From contig JAOUBJ010000001.1 of the NCBI GenBank assembly GCA_029860345.1, positions 195,089-259,088 of the forward strand: a stretch of 64,000 nt of DNA, given 5' to 3'. The notes beneath the pieces were generated by a model. It saw nothing but the letters and a program-made list of their open reading frames with translations. It was not told where the DNA came from and searched no databases. Both the position numbers and the translations under genes were made by a program. Position 1 is the first letter of the stretch. Each line of letters starts with the position of its first letter. Origin of the DNA: Candidatus Zixiibacteriota bacterium (GTDB taxonomy: Bacteria > Zixibacteria > MSB-5A5 > GN15 > FEB-12). Below are positions 39,383 through 49,013 of this stretch, in pieces.

Positions 39383-41682
39383 CCAATGGCTGCAACGACC
39401 AACGGTTTGAGACTCTCTTGCACGCCTACGAACTGGGGTTCCTAAGCGAAGATGAACGGGCGGAGTTGGAGATGCACATGCTCGACTGTTCCAGCTGCTT
39501 TGAGAAGGCACAGAGACTCGCACCGACCATGCAACTGATAAAGAGCGATCCCGAGGTGCGCGAAGCTGTCGACTCACTGGATTCAGACGAAAGCACGGTG
39601 CCGAGCGATACGATCGGTATTCCCGAGATGAGAGCTCGCCGTAGTTTGTGGCGCAAGCTCATGCCGACCTCGATTGCGGCTGCAGCCGTGCTCGCACTGC
39701 TTGTGTTCAAGCCCTGGAAAGTCCAGATCAGCACTGACGAAGCGGTGGCTCAGGAGAATCGGCTGGCCGTGATGTATTTCGAGAACCTGGTGGATGAGGC
39801 AGATTCAAGTCATCTGGGCGAGATCGCGACCAATCTCTTGATCACCGATCTGTCGGAATCACGGTTCATCCAGGTGGTATCAAGCCAACACCTGCACGAC
39901 CTGCTCAAACTAATCGGCAATGAAGACGTGAAGATAGTCGACAAGGATATCGCTACCCAGATCGCCCGCAAGGCGAGGGCCAAATGGATTCTGACCGGGA
40001 AGATTCTTCAGTCCTCTCCCGGTTTTGTTGTAACGGCTCAGATTGTGGATGTCTCCAGCGGAAACGCCGTTGCATCCCAGCGAGTGACCGGCGCTAAGGA
40101 GGATGACATTTTTGCGGTCGTCGACAAACTGACAACAGAAGTTAAAAATGATCTCTCCCTGCCGGCCGATGCCATGGGCGAGATGGACCCCTCGGTGGCC
40201 GATGTCACGACACACTCGGCCGAAGCTTACCGGCACTACCTGGACGGCCTGGAACTCCGTCGCAAATTCTATAGTCCCGAGGCGGCGGCAAGTTTTCAAA
40301 AAGCGCTTGAGTACGACTCCACCTTCGCCATGGCCTGGTATCATCTGGCCAAGCTTATCGACCGAAATCTGGTCGACCGGGCCGTCCAGTACGCCGACAA
40401 GGTCGGACGCAAAGAGCAATACTACATACGCAGCCTCAAGGCGTTGATCGACCAAGACACAGAGCAAGCCATGGCCCTGCTGCAAGAATTGGTCCGACAT
40501 TTCCCCGATGAAAAAACAGCCTTGCTGGACCTTGGCCGCCTTTACAATCAAATAGGAGACAACTCAGAAGCGATTGAGGTTTTCCATCGGGCCGTTGAGA
40601 TCGATCCTACGTACAAAGAAGCCTTCAATCTACTGGCCTACACCTATCAAGGGTATGGTAAGCTCGACAGCGCCTTGATGGCCATCAACCGATACATCGA
40701 TCTGGCCCCGGATGAACCTAACCCCTACGACTCACGTGGAGACATTTACCGGGCTGAGAAGATGTTCGATGAAGCGATTGAGTCATACCAACAAGCTCTG
40801 CGCATAGCGCCGGATTTCAATGCCACCCGATACAAACTGGGCCCGCTATTGATGATTCGCGGTGATTTCGATCTGGCCGACAGTTGCTTCCAGTGGATGG
40901 CCGATTCACCCCGCAAAGTCACCCGATCCGGTGCGCGGGTGTATCTGGCCCTGCCCCACATCGGTCGTGGACATCTCAACCAGGCTATCGAGATTCTGGA
41001 CGATGGGATCGCCGCCGACCGCCTCGAACAGAGCGGCGGCTGGAACAGTGTTCTCAAGTACTACCTCAAAGCGCTGTGCTATCTTGAACAGGGACGCAAC
41101 AGCGACGCCATCGATGCGGTGGATTCCTGTTTCAGCGTACACGACCGGGACTCGCCGCTGGACATGCAGTGTTTTCGTGGATTGTACACTTACACGCTGG
41201 CCGAAACCGGCCAGGTTGCGCGCAGTGCCGAATCGACGCTGGTCTTCGAGACCTTCCTTGACACTAACGGGATCGTGTTGGAACCGTACTATTTCGCACG
41301 CGGCGCGCTGGCTCTGATAACCGGTGACAAACGCACGACCGTGGCCGACCTGCAAAAATCGGCCGACTGGGTGGAATGGAAAAACGACTTCTTCCCGGCT
41401 TACTTCCTGGCCCGCGCTCTTTTGGAGGATGGGCAAACCGAAGAAGCTGCAGAACAGTTTGAAAACCTGCTGGACAACGGCACTATATGGCAAGCCTTTC
41501 TGGAGATATGGAATCTGAGGTCCAGACTTTATCTGGCCGCAGCTTACGAGAAACTGGGTCGGTATGACGACGCTCGCACGCAATGCGAGTATGTACTCGA
41601 ACGCTGGTCCGACGCCGATCCGGACCTGGCCATTGTTGAAGATGCCCGCGAGCGCCTGGCTCGTTTGGCACAAAGACCCTGA
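39379..41682 (+). CDS. Anti-sigma factor (zf-HC2) fused to a TM helix and a large periplasmic TPR domain
   Basis: 767 aa. GTG start overlaps the sigma stop (GTGA). N-terminal HxxxCxxC-type motif (EMHMLDCSSCFEK), one TM helix (~aa 95-115), then many TPR units. Confidence 0.75.
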   Translation: MTNGCNDQRFETLLHAYELGFLSEDERAELEMHMLDCSSCFEKAQRLAPTMQLIKSDPEVREAVDSLDSDESTVPSDTIGIPEMRARRSLWRKLMPTSIAAAAVLALLVFKPWKVQISTDEAVAQENRLAVMYFENLVDEADSSHLGEIATNLLITDLSESRFIQVVSSQHLHDLLKLIGNEDVKIVDKDIATQIARKARAKWILTGKILQSSPGFVVTAQIVDVSSGNAVASQRVTGAKEDDIFAVVDKLTTEVKNDLSLPADAMGEMDPSVADVTTHSAEAYRHYLDGLELRRKFYSPEAAASFQKALEYDSTFAMAWYHLAKLIDRNLVDRAVQYADKVGRKEQYYIRSLKALIDQDTEQAMALLQELVRHFPDEKTALLDLGRLYNQIGDNSEAIEVFHRAVEIDPTYKEAFNLLAYTYQGYGKLDSALMAINRYIDLAPDEPNPYDSRGDIYRAEKMFDEAIESYQQALRIAPDFNATRYKLGPLLMIRGDFDLADSCFQWMADSPRKVTRSGARVYLALPHIGRGHLNQAIEILDDGIAADRLEQSGGWNSVLKYYLKALCYLEQGRNSDAIDAVDSCFSVHDRDSPLDMQCFRGLYTYTLAETGQVARSAESTLVFETFLDTNGIVLEPYYFARGALALITGDKRTTVADLQKSADWVEWKNDFFPAYFLARALLEDGQTEEAAEQFENLLDNGTIWQAFLEIWNLRSRLYLAAAYEKLGRYDDARTQCEYVLERWSDADPDLAIVEDARERLARLAQRP

Positions 41683-41868
41683 CCCGCCAGGAGTAAAGTG
41701 TCAATCCCAACTTCCCGCACCTTCAAGGTCTCAGTGATTCCAAATAGAAAATGCGTTAACTGTTACCGTAGGAAACCGCTTGAAAACCTATGAACGAAAG
41801 CTTACCTTCACGCCAGACTAAAGACGACCCGAAAACGAAGACAAAACAACCACCGCTCCCCGTCGCGA

Positions 41869-43137
41869 GTGCGTCGAGTGGTGGAGATGGAGACTGCACT
41901 GATGCACTTTGACCTACTCAGCCCCAAAGATACCAAAGCCATCGATGCGCTGATAGAATCGTATGGCGGCGCACGAGCCATCGGAGACCAAATATCAACC
42001 AAGCGCGGATTCGAGACACGCAAGATAACCGCCGCCGACAAAGGGTACGGCGAAATGATCGAAAAAGCCGAGCAGTACGCCAAGTCGTTTCCCAAAGTGG
42101 GCGATTTCGTGGCCGCCGAAAAGCTTGAGGTCACCAAACCATCGGTCTGCACCACACAGGTGTCCGGATTCCAGGGCGCTTATGTCACACTGGACTGCAT
42201 GCGACGAATTGCAGAGAACAAGAACGTGCTGTTCCCTTCGGAAATGATCTCGGTGGTAGCCTTGACCGAACAATACGTCTATGGGGGTGACCTGCTGGCC
42301 ACCCTGACCATGGCCGAGAACATCCTCAAGGCGAGTAAGTTCTGCTCGACCAATCTTATCGGTATCCCGCTACCCGAAGAACGGTTCGTGCGCCTGGAAA
42401 AAGTGACCGGTGAGAAATTTGACCGACGCGGTCTCGGTGACGGTATGTGCGCCCTGATTCTGAAAAACATGGGGACCGGCTTCGGCAATCTGGGCGGTGT
42501 CGAAGTGGCCGACAACAATCATCTCGTCTATCTCGACGGTGTCATCCGGGCCGGTATGGAGACCGGCAACAACTTTTTCCTCAACCCAAGCTGGTCGACA
42601 ATCGTGGCCGCCTGCTGCTGGGGTCGGGTCATTCCGGAAGTTAGCTTCAAGGTCTCCATGCTGCTCTCCACCCAGAACGCAATCCAGTTCCGCATGCTGC
42701 TGAACATAATCAAAGCCTACCTGCGCGATGACGGCAGTACACCGATCTACGAGATCAACATCGGCAACGGCGCCAGTCCCGAAACATTCATCCAATGTTC
42801 CGAAGAACTCAAAGCCTCAGGACTTGAGAACATCCTGTTAACCGCCCACCTTCGTATCAACCCCGACCTCGGCATGGAAGACTTCAACTGGACCGACAAC
42901 GCCCACAAAGTTCTCGAGGCCGGATGCGACATGACGATTAAGTACGAAAGCGACGGCACGGCGCGACCTTATGATACGATGGAAGCCTACTTCCTTTCCG
43001 ATGACGAACGTACCGCCAAAGCCGACCTGATCGGCGATGTAATCTACCACAAGTGCATCCGCTGCGATCTCGATGCAAAAGAAATCATGCGCCGCGGTCA
43101 CAAAACGCGATTCGCCGGAATTGCCTGCAAAAGCTGA
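41869..43137 (+). CDS. Conserved-looking hypothetical protein, family not recognised
   Basis: 422 aa in the track (GTG 41869). ATG 41902 has the better RBS spacing (GGAGATGGAG). Cytoplasmic composition with no TM or signal sequence. First gene of a tight 4-gene operon. Confidence 0.6.
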   Translation: MRRVVEMETALMHFDLLSPKDTKAIDALIESYGGARAIGDQISTKRGFETRKITAADKGYGEMIEKAEQYAKSFPKVGDFVAAEKLEVTKPSVCTTQVSGFQGAYVTLDCMRRIAENKNVLFPSEMISVVALTEQYVYGGDLLATLTMAENILKASKFCSTNLIGIPLPEERFVRLEKVTGEKFDRRGLGDGMCALILKNMGTGFGNLGGVEVADNNHLVYLDGVIRAGMETGNNFFLNPSWSTIVAACCWGRVIPEVSFKVSMLLSTQNAIQFRMLLNIIKAYLRDDGSTPIYEINIGNGASPETFIQCSEELKASGLENILLTAHLRINPDLGMEDFNWTDNAHKVLEAGCDMTIKYESDGTARPYDTMEAYFLSDDERTAKADLIGDVIYHKCIRCDLDAKEIMRRGHKTRFAGIACKS

Positions 43138-43144
43138 GGTAGCT

Positions 43145-43501
43145 ATGAAGAAACTGATGGAACAATTCGACGGCACTGCTTTTTCGGACCTGATTCGAAG
43201 CGCCCCGGAACTTGACGTGCCCATTGACGGCGTCCGCGGATGGGTGATCGGCAACGACACCCATCAAGTGGTCTTTTTCGATATTCAACCGGGCGTGGAA
43301 GTTCCCCTCCACTCCCACTGTGCTCAGTGGGGAATGGTGGTAGAAGGTGAGATGACGCTGACCATCGGGGATGAGACCCACACCTACGGACCCGGGGCCT
43401 GGTATGTCATTCCGGAAGGAACTATGCACGGCGCCAAAGTCGCCAAGCGCATGTCGGTGATCGACATCTTTGACGCACCCGACCGGTACAAGACAAAATA
43501 A
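43145..43501 (+). CDS. Cupin-domain protein
   Basis: Start at ATG 43145 (MKKLMEQF). Cupin motifs PLHSHCAQWGMVVEGE and GPGAWYVIPEGTMHG. Confidence 0.75.
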   Translation: MKKLMEQFDGTAFSDLIRSAPELDVPIDGVRGWVIGNDTHQVVFFDIQPGVEVPLHSHCAQWGMVVEGEMTLTIGDETHTYGPGAWYVIPEGTMHGAKVAKRMSVIDIFDAPDRYKTK

Positions 43502-43534
43502 CCTGCAAACCATCTCGACCGGAGTATTAATAAG

Positions 43535-44551
43535 ATGCGTTTACTTTTCATTGGCTTTGGCACCGTCGTTCAGGGTCTTTCGGAACTTCTTGCAGAGAAG
43601 GCAACAGAACTCAAACAAAAACACGGGCTTGATTTGAAAGTGGTCGGAATCTCCGACATGCTCAAAGGTTGTGTCTACGCACCTGACGGCATCGATCTGG
43701 CCCAGGCACTGGAGGCCGCGAAGAACGGCGACCTCAAACAATTGCCCAATCAATTCGAGGCTGACGCGCTGGCCATGATCGATGCAGCCGATGCCGACCT
43801 GATGGTCGAAGCTACCTATACCGATATCAAGACCGGTCAACCGGCAACATCGCACATCAAGGCCGCTTTGGCTAAAGGGATGCATGTGACCACCACCAAC
43901 AAAGGTCCGGTGGCTCTTTTCTTGCAAGAGCTAAAAAAGCTGGCCGATGCAAACGGTGTGAAATTTCTGTATGAAGGCACCGTTATCAGTGGTACCCCTC
44001 TGCTGAATCTCATTCGCGAGACGCTGGCCGGTAGTCATATCAGTGAGATCAAGGGGATACTTAACGGCACGACCAATTATATCCTGTCACAGATGGAACA
44101 AGGTCAGCCCTACGATGCGGTCCTTAAGAAGGCGCAGGAGTTGGGTTACGCCGAAGCTGTTCCGGACGCCGACGTACTCGGCTGGGATGCTCTGGCCAAG
44201 ATTACTATTCTGGCCAACGCTGTTTTCGGTGTCGATGCAAAACCTGACGCGTTCTCGTGTCAGGGCATCACCGAGATCAGCAATGACGCTATCGCCGAAG
44301 CCAAAGCCAACGGAAAGAGATTCAAGCTGATCGGAACGCTGAAACGGGATGGTGACTCTGTTGTCGGCAGCGTTGCGCCGGTGCAGATGGACCTTTCACA
44401 CCCGCTGGCCGGTGTGATGGGCGCCACCAACGCCGTAACGATCAGCACCGATACGCTGGGCGACGTCACGATCGTCGGACCCGGCGCCGGGCGAGTCGAA
44501 ACCGGCTACAGCGTGCTTATCGATATCATCAGCATCGGAGGTTCACGATGA
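43535..44551 (+). CDS. Homoserine dehydrogenase-family oxidoreductase (short form, no ACT domain)
   Basis: 338 aa. N-terminal Rossmann motif FIGFGTVVQG, then TTNKGPVA, YEGTVISGTPLLNLIRE, GILNGTTNYILSQM, GYAEAVPDADVLGWDALAKITILAN. Confidence 0.75.
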   Translation: MRLLFIGFGTVVQGLSELLAEKATELKQKHGLDLKVVGISDMLKGCVYAPDGIDLAQALEAAKNGDLKQLPNQFEADALAMIDAADADLMVEATYTDIKTGQPATSHIKAALAKGMHVTTTNKGPVALFLQELKKLADANGVKFLYEGTVISGTPLLNLIRETLAGSHISEIKGILNGTTNYILSQMEQGQPYDAVLKKAQELGYAEAVPDADVLGWDALAKITILANAVFGVDAKPDAFSCQGITEISNDAIAEAKANGKRFKLIGTLKRDGDSVVGSVAPVQMDLSHPLAGVMGATNAVTISTDTLGDVTIVGPGAGRVETGYSVLIDIISIGGSR

Positions 44552-45969
44552 AGATGTTGCTTGGCGGTCAGTGGGTCGACCGCGACGAGAAGATCGATGT
44601 CTGTGACCCCTTCGACAACTCGGTAATCGATACGGTTCCCAGTGGCAAAGCAGACGACGCTGAACTGGCCTTGGCTTCGGCAACCGCCGGATTTGAAATC
44701 ACCAAACGGATGTCCGTCTATGACCGGGCGCAGATTCTCTACAAAGCAGCGGGTCTGATCTCCGATCGGCTGGAAGAGTTCGCCCGGATAATCGCCCGCG
44801 AAGGTTCCAAGACGATCAACGAAGCGCGCAAGGAAGCGGGCCGTTGCGTCAACACGATTACATGCTCGGCCGAAGAAGCCAAACGCATCCTCGGCGAGAC
44901 TATACCCTGGGACTCGTTCCCCGGCGGTGAGAAGCGTCGCGGCTACTACTACCGTTTCCCCATTGGTGTCGTGCTGTGTATCACGCCGTTCAACGATCCG
45001 CTCAATCTGGTGGCCCACAAACTGGGTCCGGCCATCGCCGCGGGCAACTCGGTGATTCTCAAACCGGCCACGGTTACGCCGCTGTCGGCTATCATGTTAG
45101 TCGAAGTGCTTCTTGAGGCCGGACTGCCACCGAATGCAGTTCAACTCATCACCGGCTACGGTTCGAAAATCGGCGATCAACTGGTCAGCGACGAACGAGT
45201 GCGCATGGTGTCGTTCACCGGCGGTGTCGAAGCGGGCAAACAGATAGCATCCAAAGCAGGCATCAAAAAGATCGGCATGGAACTCGGTTCCGATTCGCCG
45301 GTGATCGTCTGGAAAGATGCCGACATGCAACTGGCCGTCGAGTCATGTGTCTCCGGCGCTTTCTGGGCGGCAGGACAAAACTGTATCGGCGTCCAGCGGT
45401 TGCTCGTGCACAAGGATATCTATGACGAGTTCAAAACAGAATTCGTCGAACTCACCAAGACATACAAGATCGGTGACAAACTCGACGAGTCCACGCAGAT
45501 GGGTCCGATGATAACCGAAGCCGAAGCCAAACGAGTAGAAAAATGGGTCAAAGACGCAGTCGCCGGTGGCGCCAACCTGCTCACCGGCGGTGGCCGCACC
45601 GGCGCGTTGGTCGAGCCGACCGTGCTGGACAACGTGCCCGAAGATGCCAAGGTCCATTGCGAAGAAGTATTCGGTCCGACCGTGAACCTATACCCGGTGG
45701 ATGATCTGGACAAAGCAATCGCTGAGGCCAATGCTCTGCCTTACGGTTTGCTCGCGGCCATTTTCACACGTGATGTTGAAACCGCTTTCAAGGCCGCGTA
45801 TGAACTTGACTGTGGTGGTGTGATGATTAACGACTCGACCGATTACCGATTGGACTCGATGCCGTTCGGCGGCGTGAAGTATTCCGGGTTGGGCCGCGAA
45901 GGGCTCAAGTTCTCATTGCAGGAGATGACCGAACCCAAAGTCATCTGCTTCAACCTGCCCGGGATATAG
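44548..45969 (+). CDS. NAD(P)-dependent aldehyde dehydrogenase
   Basis: 473 aa with an ATGA overlap with the upstream gene. ALDH motifs FTGGVEAGK, MELGSDSPVIV (Glu), AAGQNCIGVQRLLV (catalytic Cys), EEVFGP. Confidence 0.85.
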   Translation: MKMLLGGQWVDRDEKIDVCDPFDNSVIDTVPSGKADDAELALASATAGFEITKRMSVYDRAQILYKAAGLISDRLEEFARIIAREGSKTINEARKEAGRCVNTITCSAEEAKRILGETIPWDSFPGGEKRRGYYYRFPIGVVLCITPFNDPLNLVAHKLGPAIAAGNSVILKPATVTPLSAIMLVEVLLEAGLPPNAVQLITGYGSKIGDQLVSDERVRMVSFTGGVEAGKQIASKAGIKKIGMELGSDSPVIVWKDADMQLAVESCVSGAFWAAGQNCIGVQRLLVHKDIYDEFKTEFVELTKTYKIGDKLDESTQMGPMITEAEAKRVEKWVKDAVAGGANLLTGGGRTGALVEPTVLDNVPEDAKVHCEEVFGPTVNLYPVDDLDKAIAEANALPYGLLAAIFTRDVETAFKAAYELDCGGVMINDSTDYRLDSMPFGGVKYSGLGREGLKFSLQEMTEPKVICFNLPGI

Positions 45970-46534
45970 TGGCAAGCCCCTTTTTTGCGCTTCGCGCAGC
46001 ATGCTTTTTGGCGCCGTCAAGCGACCCCGCGTGACGGTTTGGGAGTTGGAAGACGGGTGTCGGGCGAGATCGCCCAACACCACCCTCGAAATGACGGCCG
46101 ATGACGGGTGGCCGTCTCAAGCCTTGTTTGGGACGGACTTCTGTGTCTGCGAAGAGTCACCCCCAAAGCGACTTTGAGGGTGCCACCCAGTCGCCAATGG
46201 CGCCTCTGGCGCCAACCTCACCTTGAGCGGAGTTGGAGGGTGCTTGCATCCAATCACGCTTCATGCCTCGACTCCGCTCGGCATGACATGGATGAACTTG
46301 TGCCCCCTTTGTCATTCCCGCGAAGGCGGGAATCCATCTTCAATGTTACCACGTGCCGTCAAGCGACCCCGAGTGACGGCTTTGGCAGTTCTTCAGTATG
46401 GTGGGGCCGTCTTCGGACCCGCCGCGATTGTCAGGACCACAAGGATCGTGACCTACAAGGTGACGGCGCGCGTAGCGCGAAAAACAGGCTTGCCTGTGTC
46501 GGGCGAGGTCGCCCAACACCACCAACGAAATGGT
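45969..46534. repeat. 566-bp intergenic region built almost entirely of hairpin modules, several present twice
   Basis: M1 ggcaagcc..ttttttgcgcttcgcgc at 45971-45997 and reverse at ~46467-46494. M2 ccgtcaagcgaccccg.gtgacgg at 46014-46037 and 46356-46379. M3 gtgtcgggcga.gtcgcccaacaccacc..cgaaatg at 46057-46093 and 46496-46532. M4 at 46219-46242 and reverse at 46262-46285. M5 at 46311-46335. M6-like at 46401-46423. Confidence 0.8.
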
Positions 46535-48787
46535 TTACCGCGACTCCTCGTCTGAGGTCAACTCTTCCAACGCCGCTTTCGTCTTTTCACGTCTGGCCTG
46601 TTTTTCGGCAATTTCACGCTCACGCAAGTCTACCGTCTGAATTGTCGGGTTATTCACGGGCGTAGGATCACCGGCACCGGTTTGGTCCATTCCTGCATCC
46701 CCCATATTTGAAACTGCCTGAACCGTGCCATACGAGGTTGGGAAGTAAGTGGCTGTCAAGCTTCCATAACAGATCTTTGCTGTAATCGTGTTTTCTTTCA
46801 ACGCCTCAAACCGGAAATCGTAGAAACCGGCCGAGTCCTTGTAGTACACCCGGTGACAGTTGACATCGAAGTCGCTAAAGAAAGAAGAGCCGGCAGAAAC
46901 GTAGGCGCCGAGTCCAATCCTGGTATAGTACCCAGCGGTAGCCGAACCGCCCTCGGTTTCATCTATCTGGGCCTTTATTCGACCGTTATTCGTAGTGCCG
47001 CTTATTTCGGCAAAAGCATGCCCGTTGAGCACTATATACCCGGGGGCCGGAATCTGAATCCTGACCGTCGCAACGTCTTCCATAGTGTTAAGAGCCGATA
47101 TGGTGTGACAGCCGGTATTTCGATCCAGCACGATCCCCGGTTCGTTCATTAGTTCGAGATCGTCGACCGACTCTTCGTGCAGAACTACGCGTTGATTGTT
47201 CAGATAGGTACTTCCATTGCCCATGAAGGCGATTGTGACGCTGTCGTTGGTATCCTTCAGTTTGAGTTGACCGCCGTTGGGACCTGCGTAGATTCTCACT
47301 TGATCAACGGCAGTGTCGGCCTGATGGAACATTTTTATCTGCCCGTAGGTCCAGCCCGACAATTGCATCGTCCTGCGGTCCTGATCGGACCCCCACTCAT
47401 AGAAATTCAGGTGATTGCTCTCAGTATCAAACTCCCAGACCGGACTATCAATAGTGCTTCTACTGATCATCAGGTCACCCCGCATCGAAGTGTTACCCAT
47501 AACAAACACGTCCCCGTTCAGGTTGGCGGCTCGATTGGATACACCACCAGAGGCCGAAGCAGATATGGCCGTGTTGTGACCAGCACCATCGGCGGCAACG
47601 TAAAGGCCATAGTTGGTGGCGGTCGGCTCCCCGCCGCCTACTCCACCGTAGAGGGCATAATTGACATTTGCACCCTGAGCTGTACTGAATACGCCATAGT
47701 TGTTGTCCGCCGTGACAACTCCGTCGGAGTTGGCCTGGCTATATATCCCATAGTTGTGAGTTCCGTCCTCAGCCGTTACGGAGAGCCCATAGTTGGCCTC
47801 GTCTCCGTAAGATCGCCCATAGAAAGCGTAATTGACTTCACCGTCATGGGCTTCTGCATACGAGCCGTAATTCGTACCCAGCCCATCGGCCGTAAACCGC
47901 CCCCCAGTCTTGCCTCCGATGTCGCCGGTAGCAGCACCGTTAATGGCAATGTTGTAGTTTTGACCGCCGGTAACAGCAGCCCGTAGGGCTGTTTTGCTGG
48001 TGCCCAAACCCATCATCCACAGATCCACGGCGGGGCCGTTGCCGAAGTTTTTCAACGAAAAAATCGGATCCTCGGTATTTGTGTTAAGACTTAGCGGTGC
48101 TATGAAGTTGCCGGCCATCGCTACCGTATCCGGACCGTACGAAGAACTGTCCGACCAGTTCCAGCCGGTCGTCGAACCTCCGATAGAATCATCAGCCAGC
48201 GTCCAAGACGAACCCACCCACTTCATGATCTGGCCTTCGGAAGCGCCGTTCTGCCCAATGTCGGCAAGATCGATTCCACCGTCCGTAACGGCATCGGCAG
48301 AGTCGGCTATACCGGCTTGGGCCGCTGAAGTCGCCGAGATGGCTGTCTGAGCTTCCAACGCTGCCTGTGCCGAATCTGACATCTCTGACCGGAGCGCGTA
48401 TGGTACCGCTACCAGCGCTATCCGGGGGCTGTACTCAGGATCGGCCCCGATCTGAATGCCAAGGTAGCGAGTACCTCCGTCGAACACACTGTTAGTCAGA
48501 GGATTCACTTCACCGAGCAGCACGGTAAACAATCCGTTAGTGGTAGCAACGGTACGAGTCTCTGTCCAGAGATCAGCCCCGGCTTCAAAGGAATCGTAAA
48601 TAGTAAACGTCACGCTGTAGTCGCCGTCGGCTACCGGATCGCCGGTATCATCGGTTAGCCTTCCTTGATAGTTCATAGTAGTCGGAACGGCAGCAGACAC
48701 AGCGGTTGTCATCAGCAGGATTGCTAAGGCTGCAATGTACCTGGTGGTCAGAACGGCGCGGGGAATCATAGGTGTCTCCTCTGGCAT
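46535..48787 (-). CDS. Secreted repeat protein (tail-fibre/adhesin-like) with a C-terminal charged coiled coil
   Basis: 750 aa with a signal anchor. The N-terminal MNYQGRLTDDTGDPVADGDYSVTFTIYD...LWTE...NGLFTVLLG module resembles ones I recall seeing on fibre-like proteins. The central region has degenerate NYG/NYA-containing repeats. The tail is REREIAEKQARREKTKAALEEL. Confidence 0.6.
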   Translation of the reverse strand: MPEETPMIPRAVLTTRYIAALAILLMTTAVSAAVPTTMNYQGRLTDDTGDPVADGDYSVTFTIYDSFEAGADLWTETRTVATTNGLFTVLLGEVNPLTNSVFDGGTRYLGIQIGADPEYSPRIALVAVPYALRSEMSDSAQAALEAQTAISATSAAQAGIADSADAVTDGGIDLADIGQNGASEGQIMKWVGSSWTLADDSIGGSTTGWNWSDSSSYGPDTVAMAGNFIAPLSLNTNTEDPIFSLKNFGNGPAVDLWMMGLGTSKTALRAAVTGGQNYNIAINGAATGDIGGKTGGRFTADGLGTNYGSYAEAHDGEVNYAFYGRSYGDEANYGLSVTAEDGTHNYGIYSQANSDGVVTADNNYGVFSTAQGANVNYALYGGVGGGEPTATNYGLYVAADGAGHNTAISASASGGVSNRAANLNGDVFVMGNTSMRGDLMISRSTIDSPVWEFDTESNHLNFYEWGSDQDRRTMQLSGWTYGQIKMFHQADTAVDQVRIYAGPNGGQLKLKDTNDSVTIAFMGNGSTYLNNQRVVLHEESVDDLELMNEPGIVLDRNTGCHTISALNTMEDVATVRIQIPAPGYIVLNGHAFAEISGTTNNGRIKAQIDETEGGSATAGYYTRIGLGAYVSAGSSFFSDFDVNCHRVYYKDSAGFYDFRFEALKENTITAKICYGSLTATYFPTSYGTVQAVSNMGDAGMDQTGAGDPTPVNNPTIQTVDLREREIAEKQARREKTKAALEELTSDEESR

Positions 48788-49013
48788 GTGCTTTGTCTTC
48801 TTTTTGTCTTCTCAATGGCAAGTACTCTCTGTACCGGATAAATATAACCATTTCAGTGCTGTTTGCAAGCGAGATCAACAGCATTGTTCAGAACTTGTCC
48901 GTTGACGCCAAGCCGATCCCTATTGACAACAACAGTTAAAACCCTAAATTGTCCAGCCTATTCATGGGGCGGTCGATCCGCCTCCGGTAAGGTGATTATG
49001 GAAGGATTGCGAT

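Noticed and set aside
46311-46335. The ATTCCC-N8-GGGAAT match as evidence of neisserial origin or of a Correia/dRS3 system
   Set aside because: Only the short hairpin form matches. The gene content (T9SS CTD, FG-GAP/UnbV families, dockerin-like modules) is incompatible with Neisseria, and similar hairpins are widespread in environmental genomes.
46108-46665. ORFs 46108-46665 and 46223-46555, plus 59828-60067, 59969-60175, 35062-35316, 35165-35380, 30834-31079 and 34840-35034, as possible small proteins
   Set aside because: They consist of translated hairpin modules (recurrent SFPRRRES, VIPAKAGI, DSRLRGND, PAFAGMT, RPAVGGP.LSRG peptides). The same peptides arise wherever the DNA repeat occurs, in either orientation, so the conservation is at the DNA level.
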